From assembly GCA_041671645.1 (NCBI GenBank), contig JBAZBD010000001.1:21561-85560 (forward strand): DNA of 64,000 nt. The letters are read 5' to 3'. The notes below the pieces were generated by a model. That model did no database searches and was not told the DNA's origin. It saw nothing but the letters and a program-made list of their open reading frames with translations. Within the stretch, counting starts at the first letter, position 1; each line of letters starts with the position of its first letter. Made by a program: the position numbers and the translations under genes. The DNA is from Patescibacteria group bacterium. GTDB taxonomy: Bacteria; Patescibacteriota; UBA1384; XYA2-FULL-43-10; 1-14-0-10-43-13. Shown one piece after another: positions 1-8,242 of this stretch.

Positions 1-2
1 TA

Positions 3-932
3 GTGATCGGCGGACTCTGCCTTTTCGAGACGATCTCGAGCATCGATAACGCCATTATCAACGCTGAAGTTCTGACGACGATGGGCCAGCGGGCAAGAAA
101 ATGGTTTATGTCGTGGGGATTAATTTTCGCTGTATTTGGTGTACGCGGTCTCCTGCCCTGGATTATCGTCTGGGCAGTCAATCCATACCTTGGCCCAATC
201 GGAGCGCTGACCGCTACCTTTAGCTCTGACCCACAAATTAAATTAGCGATCGAACTATCTTCTCCGATGCTGTTAGCGGGAGGCGGTATTTTCTTGGTCT
301 TTCTATTCTTCCATTGGCTCTTTCTCGAGGAGAAAAACTTTGGCCTGCCAAGGGCAGAGCAGTTTTTCATGCAAAACGGCGTTTGGTTTTACGCTCTTAT
401 CTCCATAATCCTGACAGTCGTTGTGTCTATGACAGTCAAGGAAGATCCCATGCTAGCTCTTGGAGCGGTAGTTGGATCGACAGCCTTCTTCATCACTCAC
501 GGCTTCAAACAAAATGCTGAAAGAAGCGAAGCGAGTTTGATGTCCAGAAACAACGGCTTATCGGATATTTCCAAAATTCTATATCTTGAGATTATCGACG
601 CCACTTTCTCGGTCGACGGAGTACTCGGCGCCTTCGCCTTCACGCTAGCTGTTCCTCTGATCTTACTTGGTAATGGTGTTGGCGCATTGGTGGTCCGACA
701 GTTGACCTTGAACAATATCGACAAGATCAAGAAGTATATTTACCTCAAAAACGGAGCGATGTATTCTATCCTAATCCTCGGTGCAATCATGCTCTTTGAC
801 GGCCTTGGAGCTGAGATTCCACAATGGCTCTCTCCTGTCTCAACATTCGCAATTGTCGGGTACTTCTTCTATAGATCCAAAAAAGCAATTCCTGCCATGA
901 CGCCTCCTCCAGTCATGACTCAAGCCATATGA
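3..932 (+). CDS. Integral membrane protein, DUF475/TerC-like; 5' end lies outside the window
   Basis: ORF runs to the window edge. Multi-TM hydrophobic profile and an N-terminal motif SIDNAIINAEVL typical of DUF475-family membrane proteins. Confidence 0.5.
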   Translation: MIGGLCLFETISSIDNAIINAEVLTTMGQRARKWFMSWGLIFAVFGVRGLLPWIIVWAVNPYLGPIGALTATFSSDPQIKLAIELSSPMLLAGGGIFLVFLFFHWLFLEEKNFGLPRAEQFFMQNGVWFYALISIILTVVVSMTVKEDPMLALGAVVGSTAFFITHGFKQNAERSEASLMSRNNGLSDISKILYLEIIDATFSVDGVLGAFAFTLAVPLILLGNGVGALVVRQLTLNNIDKIKKYIYLKNGAMYSILILGAIMLFDGLGAEIPQWLSPVSTFAIVGYFFYRSKKAIPAMTPPPVMTQAI

Positions 933-1792
933 ACTCTCCTATTTTGCTGGCTCTCCTGGCGCTAATATTACTCGGACTTTCGAGCGCTTTTGCCAAGAAA
1001 CCGACCGACAAAATTGGAGCGACAAAAGTGATGATCTTCCGTGGTCTGTTTAACGTAGTTATATTGGGCGTAATTCTGATTTTCAATTTTCCGTCCTCAT
1101 TTTCGTGGACAGATCTGCCAGTTGCGATACTAATTTCCGCCCTTGGGTATTTCCCCCTGCTCTTCTTCCTCAAGGCTCTCAAAGTCGGGAAAATGGGAAT
1201 TGTCAGCCCAGTTTCCTCTTCGTACGGGCTGATTACGGCATTATTGGCGGTCGTCTTTTATCATGAAAAATTAAATGGGCTTCAGCTCTTTGGCATTCTG
1301 GCCGTTGTGATAGGAATCATTCTAGTTTCAATCAACTTCCGTGATTTCAAGAATTCGCATCTCTTTGACCGACAAAGCGGTATCGGCCTAGCGCTATTGG
1401 CCGCGCTACTTTGGGGAATATATTTCTTTCTGATCAAGATACCGACCCAACATTTCGGGACATATTTCACCTCGTTCTTGGTCGAGGCAGTAATATTGAT
1501 TTCCGCCTTGGTCTCGCTAATATTTGCCAAAGAATTTGATCTCAAATTGCCTGATCGTATGACAGCTTCATACCTATTCCTAGTTTCGATCACCGTTTCA
1601 GTTGGGGTATTGTTCTTCTACCAAGCACTCAACACCGGCTCGGTCGCGATTGTATCGGCGATCGGCTCCTCGACTCCCTTGATCGTAACTCTATACGGTG
1701 CTATCTTCATGAAGGAACGACTCAAACTTCAACAATACTGTGGTATGGCAATAATATTAATTGGAATAATCGGATTGGCAGTTACAAAATGA
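929..1792 (+). CDS. EamA/DMT-superfamily transporter
   Basis: 287 aa with about 10 predicted TM helices in two repeated halves, the EamA-like pattern. Overlaps the previous gene by 4 nt, suggesting an operon. Confidence 0.6.
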   Translation: MNSPILLALLALILLGLSSAFAKKPTDKIGATKVMIFRGLFNVVILGVILIFNFPSSFSWTDLPVAILISALGYFPLLFFLKALKVGKMGIVSPVSSSYGLITALLAVVFYHEKLNGLQLFGILAVVIGIILVSINFRDFKNSHLFDRQSGIGLALLAALLWGIYFFLIKIPTQHFGTYFTSFLVEAVILISALVSLIFAKEFDLKLPDRMTASYLFLVSITVSVGVLFFYQALNTGSVAIVSAIGSSTPLIVTLYGAIFMKERLKLQQYCGMAIILIGIIGLAVTK

Positions 1793-2406
1793 AAAATAAT
1801 ATTGAGAAAATTTTTGACTTCCTCAGGACTTCTGAAAGATTGAAATATACCAAAAGATGGAAGAATACTCCGAGTATGGTGAACAAAGAAACAAGCGCGG
1901 ATCATTCATGGCATTTGGCGCTGCTGCTTATCGTGTTGACCGAAGAAAATGATTTCAAATTGGACGTCCATAAGGCCCTGAAAATGGCTCTGACCCATGA
2001 CCTCGTCGAAGCAATCGCCGACGATACAGACGCCTCCTTGATCCATTTCGGTATCACCACCAAAAAGAAAAAGTACGAGGCTGAATTAAAGGCTATAGAA
2101 GAAATAAAAAAGATGCTACCAAGCAAATCAGGCAAAGCCATGTACGATCTCTGGATGGAGTACGAAATTTCTGAGACGGAAGAATCAAAATTTGTGAAGG
2201 CTCTCGATAAGATCGAGGGCATCAACCATATGCTTTGCGAAACAGACAAATGCTTTGATACACCAGATTTAATAGCCCCTTATCCGAGAGAATCAGTCGA
2301 GAAATATCCTGCTCTAAAATATGTTTACCAAGAGCTTCTCAAGCGTCTTAAGCCTGAATACAAAAAGCATAAATGGGAGTGGAAAGATTCTTACAATATC
2401 GAATAG
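1789..2406 (+). CDS. HD-domain phosphohydrolase (YfbR-like 5'-deoxynucleotidase family)
   Basis: Has the E..HSWHLAL ... HDL.E..GD metal-binding motif arrangement of HD_3 family nucleotidases. Overlaps the upstream gene by 4 nt. Confidence 0.6.
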   Translation: MKNNIEKIFDFLRTSERLKYTKRWKNTPSMVNKETSADHSWHLALLLIVLTEENDFKLDVHKALKMALTHDLVEAIADDTDASLIHFGITTKKKKYEAELKAIEEIKKMLPSKSGKAMYDLWMEYEISETEESKFVKALDKIEGINHMLCETDKCFDTPDLIAPYPRESVEKYPALKYVYQELLKRLKPEYKKHKWEWKDSYNIE

Positions 2407-3195
2407 ATGAAAAGAGAATTGAAGAAAATCTTAGATTTCTTGGTCGAGACGGAGAAGCTGAAACTCATCGAGCGGATTCCCGTCCTTTCCGACAAGATCC
2501 GTCGTGAGAATGATGCTGAACACTCTTGGCATCTGGCTTTGATGGTGATGGCCCTCAAGGATAAGTTGGGGCTCGATTTTGATCTCGAAAAAGCGCTCCA
2601 GATCGCCCTAGTCCACGATCTGCCAGAGATTTATACCGGTGATACCTGGCCGTCAGACGAAAAAGAGAAGAAGGAAAAATCAGAGAAAGAAAAATTATCA
2701 GCCAATAAAATCTTTGCTCTTTTGCCCGAAGAGGAGTGTGAAAAGTTCACACAACTTTGGCAAGAATACGAAGACGGAAAAACTATCGAAGCCAAAATCG
2801 TCAAAGCTCTCGACAAGATCTGCTATTCGATGCAATTTTCAATCTCCAACAATATTGTCTACTTCGACAAGGACTCAGGCCATACACGGCGCAAGGAATA
2901 CGCCGAACCGCATCTGCAATTTAATGAAACTTTGACAGAAATTTTTGATTATTTCTCCGAGAAAATCAATCAAGAACCTCAGCCAGCAATTAAACCTGGC
3001 AAATATAGGCATTTCAAAGGGAATCATTATCGGGTCATCAGCACGGGCAAACACTCAGAAACTGGTGAAGAGATGGTAGTCTACACTCCTCTATATCAAT
3101 CAGAGACCAAGATCTGGATTCGTCCCGCCTCTATGTTCTTTGAGGAAGTTGGATCGAACGGTCAAACCACCAAAAGATTTACTTTTTTGGGATAA
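2407..3195 (+). CDS. HD-domain phosphohydrolase paralog fused to a C-terminal DUF1653-like domain
   Basis: N-terminal half is paralogous to the preceding HD protein (AEHSWHLALMVMAL, HDLPEIYTGDT). The C-terminal segment KPGKYRHFKGNHYRVISTG...VVYTPLY resembles the small DUF1653 domain. Starts 1 nt after the previous stop. Confidence 0.55.
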   Translation: MKRELKKILDFLVETEKLKLIERIPVLSDKIRRENDAEHSWHLALMVMALKDKLGLDFDLEKALQIALVHDLPEIYTGDTWPSDEKEKKEKSEKEKLSANKIFALLPEEECEKFTQLWQEYEDGKTIEAKIVKALDKICYSMQFSISNNIVYFDKDSGHTRRKEYAEPHLQFNETLTEIFDYFSEKINQEPQPAIKPGKYRHFKGNHYRVISTGKHSETGEEMVVYTPLYQSETKIWIRPASMFFEEVGSNGQTTKRFTFLG

Positions 3196-3206
3196 ATTTT
3201 CTCCAA

Positions 3207-3246
3207 ATAAAAACGCCTCGATGCAATATCGAGACGTTCGGTTTTT
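3207..3246. terminator. Bidirectional rho-independent terminator after the HD operon
   Basis: An 11-bp inverted repeat AACGCCTCGAT / ATCGAGACGTT (10/11 pairs, 5-nt loop) is flanked by an A-run on one side and GTTTTT on the other. It sits 12 nt after the stop of the HD-DUF1653 gene and abuts the stop of the small minus-strand ORF. Confidence 0.5.
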
Positions 3247-3460
3247 AGGGTCCAGAGATCTGGAATTGGCCTTCGTGATACAGGCCCGATCTATCATTCC
3301 ACCAAGCGACGATGACATTCGGAGCGTCACCAGGCCCCAGATAGACGACTTCCGGTTTATCCGGTCGATGGTCCGCCAAAGCAGGTCCGCTGAGCTGATC
3401 CACAAGATGCATGCTGGGCAACTCGCGAACCCTGTACGGTGGTTGTTGCGGTAACGCCAT
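3245..3460 (-). CDS. Small hypothetical protein (71 aa) with its own ribosome-binding site and terminator
   Basis: Internal ATG at 3458-3460 (minus) is preceded by GGAGG with 8-nt spacing (acggaggaaattaccATG). The stop abuts the terminator at 3207-3246. It is separated from ppsA by another terminator. The longer track ORF (3245..3511) has no RBS at its start. Confidence 0.35.
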   Translation of the reverse strand: MALPQQPPYRVRELPSMHLVDQLSGPALADHRPDKPEVVYLGPGDAPNVIVAWWNDRSGLYHEGQFQISGP

Positions 3461-3492
3461 GGTAATTTCCTCCGTTAGTATTTTCATAACAC

Positions 3493-3530
3493 AAAAACTG
3501 GCTCGAGTCAAAGCTCTGAGCCAGTTTTTT
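3493..3530. terminator. Rho-independent terminator downstream of ppsA
   Basis: CTGGCTC ... GAGCCAG stem (7 bp) with A-run and T-run flanks, 18 nt after the ppsA stop. Confidence 0.45.
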
Positions 3531-3547
3531 CGAGAGATTAGATTTTT

Positions 3548-5878
3548 CTAGCGATCTATGATGTTACCGAGTAATATTCTTTTTTCGACTGAAGCAATGA
3601 CTTTGCGGGTCTGGAAGACGACATCAGGAGTGACAGAGACGGAGGTCGTACCAGCGCGTACCATCATCTCGGTAATTTCAGGATAGACGCTTGGCGCTTG
3701 ACCGCAGATCGAGCAAGTAACAGAGTGCTTACGACAAGTCTTGATGATATATTCGAGCGAAAGCCTGACGGCTTCGTCGCGTTCATCGAAGATCTTGGCC
3801 AATGTCTGATTGTCACGATCAACCCCGAGAGTAAGCTGGGTCAAATCGTTGGATCCAATAGAGATGCCATCAATGCCGAGGGCAATGAATTTTTCGAGCA
3901 ATATGACGTTGGAGGGGATTTCGCACATCATCCAGATTTTGAAATCTGGCCCCTGCTTCAACCCACCCTTTTCAATTAATTTCATGCACTCTGCCATCTC
4001 GGTAGTGGTGCGGACGAAAGGAATCATAATCCAGAGATTCTTCAGATCAAATTCCTCGCGAACCTTCTTGATTGCCTCAAGTTCAAGTGCGAACATTTCC
4101 GGCTCAGCGATATATCGAGAAGCTCCACGATAACCGATCATCGGATTGTCTTCGACAGGTTCGTATTTCTCGCCGCCCTTGAGCCCGCGATATTCATTGG
4201 TTTTGAAGTCGGTAGCACGATATACCACCGGACGTGGCGCAAAAGCGCCAGCGATCGTCTTCAAGCCGTCTACAAGGGCTTGGACATAATCTTTGCCTCT
4301 CCCATCGGCTACCATTGCTTTGGGATGCTCGCCAATGTTGGCAATCATAAATTCTGCGCGGAGCAATCCAACGCCGTCGACTGGTAAGGCAGCCACCTTT
4401 TCGGCCATTTCTGGCTCTCCCAAATTGACATAAACTTTGGTCCCAGTGATCGGGACTTCTTCGACGAGCGCTGAGCCCTTGGCGGATGCATCCGCTGGGC
4501 CAGGGACAGGGGCTGAAGCGACTTTGACGTTTCCCTTGTAAACCAATCCCTTGGCGCCATCAACTGTGATCATCTGACCAGTTTTCAAAGTAGAAGTAGC
4601 TGTGCCAGTGCCAACTACACAAGGAATGCCAAGTTCGCGTGAAACGATGGCGGCGTGACAAGTTCTGCCACCGGTATCGGTCACAATGCCCTTGGCTTTT
4701 TTCATAGCTGGGACAAAATCTGGGGTTGTCATTTCAGTCACCAGTATGTCGCCCTCCATCACTTTGTCTATTTCGGTTGGTTTGTGGATTATCTTGACTG
4801 GGCCAGAAGCTGATCCCATAGAGGCGGCCGCACCATGAAGAATGACCTCTAGTTTGTCGGCAGTTTGGGGTTGGGAGTCGGCAGTTTTTTCTCCTGACTC
4901 CTGACTTTTGACGCCTGACTTTCCTAGTGTCGTGATTGGACGAGATTGAACAAAATAGACCGTGTCATTCTCTATCGCCCATTCTGTATCCTGAGGCTTG
5001 CCGTAATGTTTCTCGATTGCCATGCCAATCTTGGCTAACTCTAGGATTTGGTCATCGGTAATCTTCTGTTTTGATTGAAAATCCTTGGCGACCGAAACAT
5101 GTTTGTCCCCGCCATCCTTCTTGTGAACAATCTTCCAAGTCTGAGTATTGACCTCCTTGGCCGAAATCTTGAATTCCTTCTTGTCGACGATATAACGGTC
5201 AGGTGTGACCGAGCCAGAAACGATCGCCTCGCCAAGCCCATAACCCGCTTCGACGATCAAGTGGTCCATGTCTTCGTCAACTGGATCGACAGTGAAGAGA
5301 ATACCTGATTTCTCTGACTGAATCATGTTTTGGACAACAGCACAAAGGCCGACCTTCATATGGTCGAATTTGTTAATCAGACGATAATAAATAGCACGAG
5401 CCTCGAAAAGAGAGGCGAAGCACTCGAGAACTGCTTTGGCGACTTGGTCTTTGCTCTGCATATTGAGAAAGGTAGCTTGCTGTCCAGCAAATGAAGCCTC
5501 TGGCAAATCTTCGGCCGTGGCGCTAGAGCGAACAGCGACCGCGAAGCCACCAAGTTTGGTGTATGAGTCTTTGATCTCTGTCTCAAGATCCTTGGGTAGT
5601 GGAGTCTTCAGCATCAACTTCTTGATCTCCTTGGACACAACATTTAGCTTCTTGTTGTCCTCGGGATTGAGACCCTTCAAATACCCGGTAATTTTATTTT
5701 TAATTCCTGTCTTTTCCAGGTAATAAAAATAGGCTTGGGCTGTGACGCAAAAGCCTTGTGGAACGGGAATCCCCGCTCGAGTCATCTCGCCAAGATTGGC
5801 GCCCTTGCCACCTACCTGTGGAATAAAGCTCTTGTCGATCTCTTTAAACCAAAGAATATTTGCCGATTTCTTGGCCAT
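3548..5878 (-). CDS. ppsA: Phosphoenolpyruvate synthase (PEP-utilizing enzyme, PpsA-like)
   Basis: 776 aa. N-terminal VGGKGANLGEM ATP-grasp motif, central phosphohistidine segment GGRTCHAAIVSRELGIPCVVG, C-terminal PEP-utilizing TIM-barrel domain. Length matches PpsA rather than PPDK. GGAGG ribosome-binding site 4 nt from the ATG. Confidence 0.8.
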   Translation of the reverse strand: MAKKSANILWFKEIDKSFIPQVGGKGANLGEMTRAGIPVPQGFCVTAQAYFYYLEKTGIKNKITGYLKGLNPEDNKKLNVVSKEIKKLMLKTPLPKDLETEIKDSYTKLGGFAVAVRSSATAEDLPEASFAGQQATFLNMQSKDQVAKAVLECFASLFEARAIYYRLINKFDHMKVGLCAVVQNMIQSEKSGILFTVDPVDEDMDHLIVEAGYGLGEAIVSGSVTPDRYIVDKKEFKISAKEVNTQTWKIVHKKDGGDKHVSVAKDFQSKQKITDDQILELAKIGMAIEKHYGKPQDTEWAIENDTVYFVQSRPITTLGKSGVKSQESGEKTADSQPQTADKLEVILHGAAASMGSASGPVKIIHKPTEIDKVMEGDILVTEMTTPDFVPAMKKAKGIVTDTGGRTCHAAIVSRELGIPCVVGTGTATSTLKTGQMITVDGAKGLVYKGNVKVASAPVPGPADASAKGSALVEEVPITGTKVYVNLGEPEMAEKVAALPVDGVGLLRAEFMIANIGEHPKAMVADGRGKDYVQALVDGLKTIAGAFAPRPVVYRATDFKTNEYRGLKGGEKYEPVEDNPMIGYRGASRYIAEPEMFALELEAIKKVREEFDLKNLWIMIPFVRTTTEMAECMKLIEKGGLKQGPDFKIWMMCEIPSNVILLEKFIALGIDGISIGSNDLTQLTLGVDRDNQTLAKIFDERDEAVRLSLEYIIKTCRKHSVTCSICGQAPSVYPEITEMMVRAGTTSVSVTPDVVFQTRKVIASVEKRILLGNIIDR

Positions 5879-5899
5879 AACCCCTCCGTTTTCTATAAT

Positions 5900-6343
5900 T
5901 TAAAATTTTGTTTTTTCTAATACACTTTTGATCGTGCCGTAGTCAAATCCTCGAGCCATCATAAAGCGGATTAATTTTTCTTTGGCGTTTTCTTTGGATC
6001 CGTTCTTCTTGATCCACCGTTCAACTAATTCGCCAGCTCTTTCGCTCTCGTCCTCCTCTGACACTTCAGCTAGACCTGCTTTGATCAAAGCATCATCTAT
6101 CTTGAGGCACTGCAATCGAAATTTGATTCGAGTCGTTCCGCGCCCCATATTTTGCTGGCTTCTGATATAGCTGGAGACAAATCTCTCGTCATCAAGCAAT
6201 TTCGTCTCTTTCAACTTTGCGATGACCGCTTCTGTCTCATCCGCAAAAAACCCCTTCAATTTCATCTTTTGTCTGACTTCACCCTCACTCCGGTCACGGA
6301 TTTTTATCAAGTTCAGGGCGTAATTTAGCGGCGAATATTTCAT
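5900..6343 (-). CDS. recX: RecX regulatory protein
   Basis: 147 aa helical-repeat protein immediately downstream of recA on the same strand. Composition and length fit the RecX family. Confidence 0.7.
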   Translation of the reverse strand: MKYSPLNYALNLIKIRDRSEGEVRQKMKLKGFFADETEAVIAKLKETKLLDDERFVSSYIRSQQNMGRGTTRIKFRLQCLKIDDALIKAGLAEVSEEDESERAGELVERWIKKNGSKENAKEKLIRFMMARGFDYGTIKSVLEKTKF

Positions 6344-6354
6344 ATCCTCTAACT

Positions 6355-6375
6355 CCTCTCCTTTTCAAGGAGAGG
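6355..6375 (-). promoter_or_regulatory. 9-bp perfect stem-loop between recA and recX (attenuator-like), overlapping the recX ribosome-binding site
   Basis: CCTCTCCTT-ttc-AAGGAGAGG lies directly between the recA stop and the recX start. There is no U-tract, so it probably modulates read-through or translation rather than terminating. Confidence 0.4.
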
Positions 6376-6398
6376 TTGGGTGAGGTTAATGTTGAATT

Positions 6399-7457
6399 TT
6401 AATTTTGCTTGTCGGACTCGACTTTGTCGGCGGCTACTTTTTCTAGAATTTTGGCTTTGATTTCTTCAGTGATCTTGGGATTTTGTTTCAGAAATGCGCG
6501 ACCGCCCTCTTTGCCCTGGCCTAGTTTCTCGCCATTGTATGAAAGCCATGATCCGGCTTTGTCGACAATGCCTTTGTTGACTCCCAAATCCAAAACTTCA
6601 CCTTCATAATCAATTCCAGTGCCGAACATAATATCGAATTCGGCCATTTTGAAAGGCGGAGCAACTTTGTTTTTCACTACCTTGACTGTGACGTTGTTGC
6701 CGACGTTATCATCTCCCTGCTTCAAGGTCGCTTTGCGGCGGATGTCGAGACGGACTGAGGCATAAAACTTGAGCGCGTTACCACCGGTCGTCGTCTCAGG
6801 ATTTCCGAACATGACACCGATCTTCATACGAATCTGGTTGATAAAGATAAGAATGGTTTTGGATTTGCTAACAGCGCCAGTCAACTTGCGAAGTGCTTGT
6901 GACATTAATCTGGCCTGGACACCCATCATAGAGTCGCCCATCTCACCTTCAATTTCAGCACGTGGGACAAGAGCTGCTACTGAGTCAACTACGATAACGT
7001 CAAGCGCGTTTGAGCGTACCAGAGTTTCGCAAATTTCCAAAGCCTGCTCGCCATTGTCTGGCTGGGAAATTAGAAGATCGTCGAGATTGACACCGATTCT
7101 CTTGGCATATTCAGGGTCAAAAGCGTGTTCAGCATCAATAAAAGCACAGTATCCGCCAGTTTTCTGAGACTGGGCGATGGTGTGGATCGCAAGTGTTGTC
7201 TTACCGGATGACTCTGGACCGTAGATTTCGACAACTCGTCCGCGTGGCAAACCGCCAACGCCAAGAGCCAGGTCAAGCGATAGGGAGCCAGTCGAAATGG
7301 CGTCAACCTTGTATGAACCAGTGTCAGACATGGTCATGATTGCACCCTTGCCGAACTGCTTCTCAATTGTCAGAAGTGCAGATTTGAGCGCTTCATTCTT
7401 TCCCAACTCCATATTTGATATTTGTTTTTCTTCTTTTGTTGCTTCCTTCTTGGCCAT
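6399..7457 (-). CDS. recA: Recombinase RecA
   Basis: Canonical RecA sequence throughout, including the Walker [11 protein letters not shown] and the [14 protein letters not shown] region. Confidence 0.95.
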   Translation of the reverse strand: MAKKEATKEEKQISNMELGKNEALKSALLTIEKQFGKGAIMTMSDTGSYKVDAISTGSLSLDLALGVGGLPRGRVVEIYGPESSGKTTLAIHTIAQSQKTGGYCAFIDAEHAFDPEYAKRIGVNLDDLLISQPDNGEQALEICETLVRSNALDVIVVDSVAALVPRAEIEGEMGDSMMGVQARLMSQALRKLTGAVSKSKTILIFINQIRMKIGVMFGNPETTTGGNALKFYASVRLDIRRKATLKQGDDNVGNNVTVKVVKNKVAPPFKMAEFDIMFGTGIDYEGEVLDLGVNKGIVDKAGSWLSYNGEKLGQGKEGGRAFLKQNPKITEEIKAKILEKVAADKVESDKQN

Positions 7458-7489
7458 GGCAGTCCTTCCAGTCTTAATTTCTCTAAATA

Positions 7490-8242
7490 TTATTGATTTG
7501 TGTTCAAATTGATAAGCGCCGTTTTGGGTTTGTATTCGATTGTCAAAACTTCGCTTGTTTGCTTCTTGGCCTTATTGACCGCCTCGACTTTGATCACATT
7601 GACACCTTTGTGGAGTTTAACATCGCTGATGAAGTGGCCGTCATTGGTAATCGGAATAACCTCCTGATTTATCCGAAGAACCGCGTCGATATCAGCGACG
7701 CCGGCGATTTCGATGCTGTCGTCTTCAAAAATCTGGTTGTTGCCAGGAGAAGTGATCTTCAAATCTGGTGTACCGGCAAAACCGCGAACCTGGTAGCTGA
7801 TATAACCAAAAAATGCAGCAATCAAAACAACCGCAGCGACATAGCCTAGCAGTTTCGGGGTAATCAAAATCGGCACATCTTTGATTGTTCTTTTGTATGA
7901 TAAATTATGAACTGACTCTTTTTTGTACAGTTTCTTCTCTCGGTCGAAAAGACCGAGTGCTTCGCTCACATTTAGACCAATAAATTTGGAGTAGGCCATC
8001 ACAAAACCGCGGACATGGACAGACGAAGGAAGGTCACCCCAATCGTCCTTCTCCAGCGAAACGAGATATTTTGCCTTAACTTTTGAGCCGGTTTCGGCTT
8101 CCTCGATCGAGATATTCTTTGATTCGCGACCACACTTAAGCATCTCCCCCAGGGTCAAATCAGTCGCCACTTTTCTTTTTGAAAAACCTTTTACCATTGT
8201 GTTAAATCTTTTCGTCCTCTGGATAATCTTTGGAACTGTCAT
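7490..8242 (-). CDS. RodZ-like cytoskeleton protein (HTH domain, TM segment, C-terminal DUF4115-like domain)
   Basis: N-terminal HTH-like segment ([21 protein letters not shown]), a single TM helix ([17 protein letters not shown]) and a beta-rich C-terminal domain; the architecture matches RodZ. Confidence 0.5.
   Translation of the reverse strand: MTVPKIIQRTKRFNTMVKGFSKRKVATDLTLGEMLKCGRESKNISIEEAETGSKVKAKYLVSLEKDDWGDLPSSVHVRGFVMAYSKFIGLNVSEALGLFDREKKLYKKESVHNLSYKRTIKDVPILITPKLLGYVAAVVLIAAFFGYISYQVRGFAGTPDLKITSPGNNQIFEDDSIEIAGVADIDAVLRINQEVIPITNDGHFISDVKLHKGVNVIKVEAVNKAKKQTSEVLTIEYKPKTALINLNTNQ

Noticed and set aside
3140-3454. 104-aa plus-strand ORF overlapping the end of the HD-DUF1653 gene
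   Set aside because: It starts inside the upstream gene, has no ribosome-binding site, runs through a terminator hairpin and is antisense to a better-supported small ORF; a shadow ORF.
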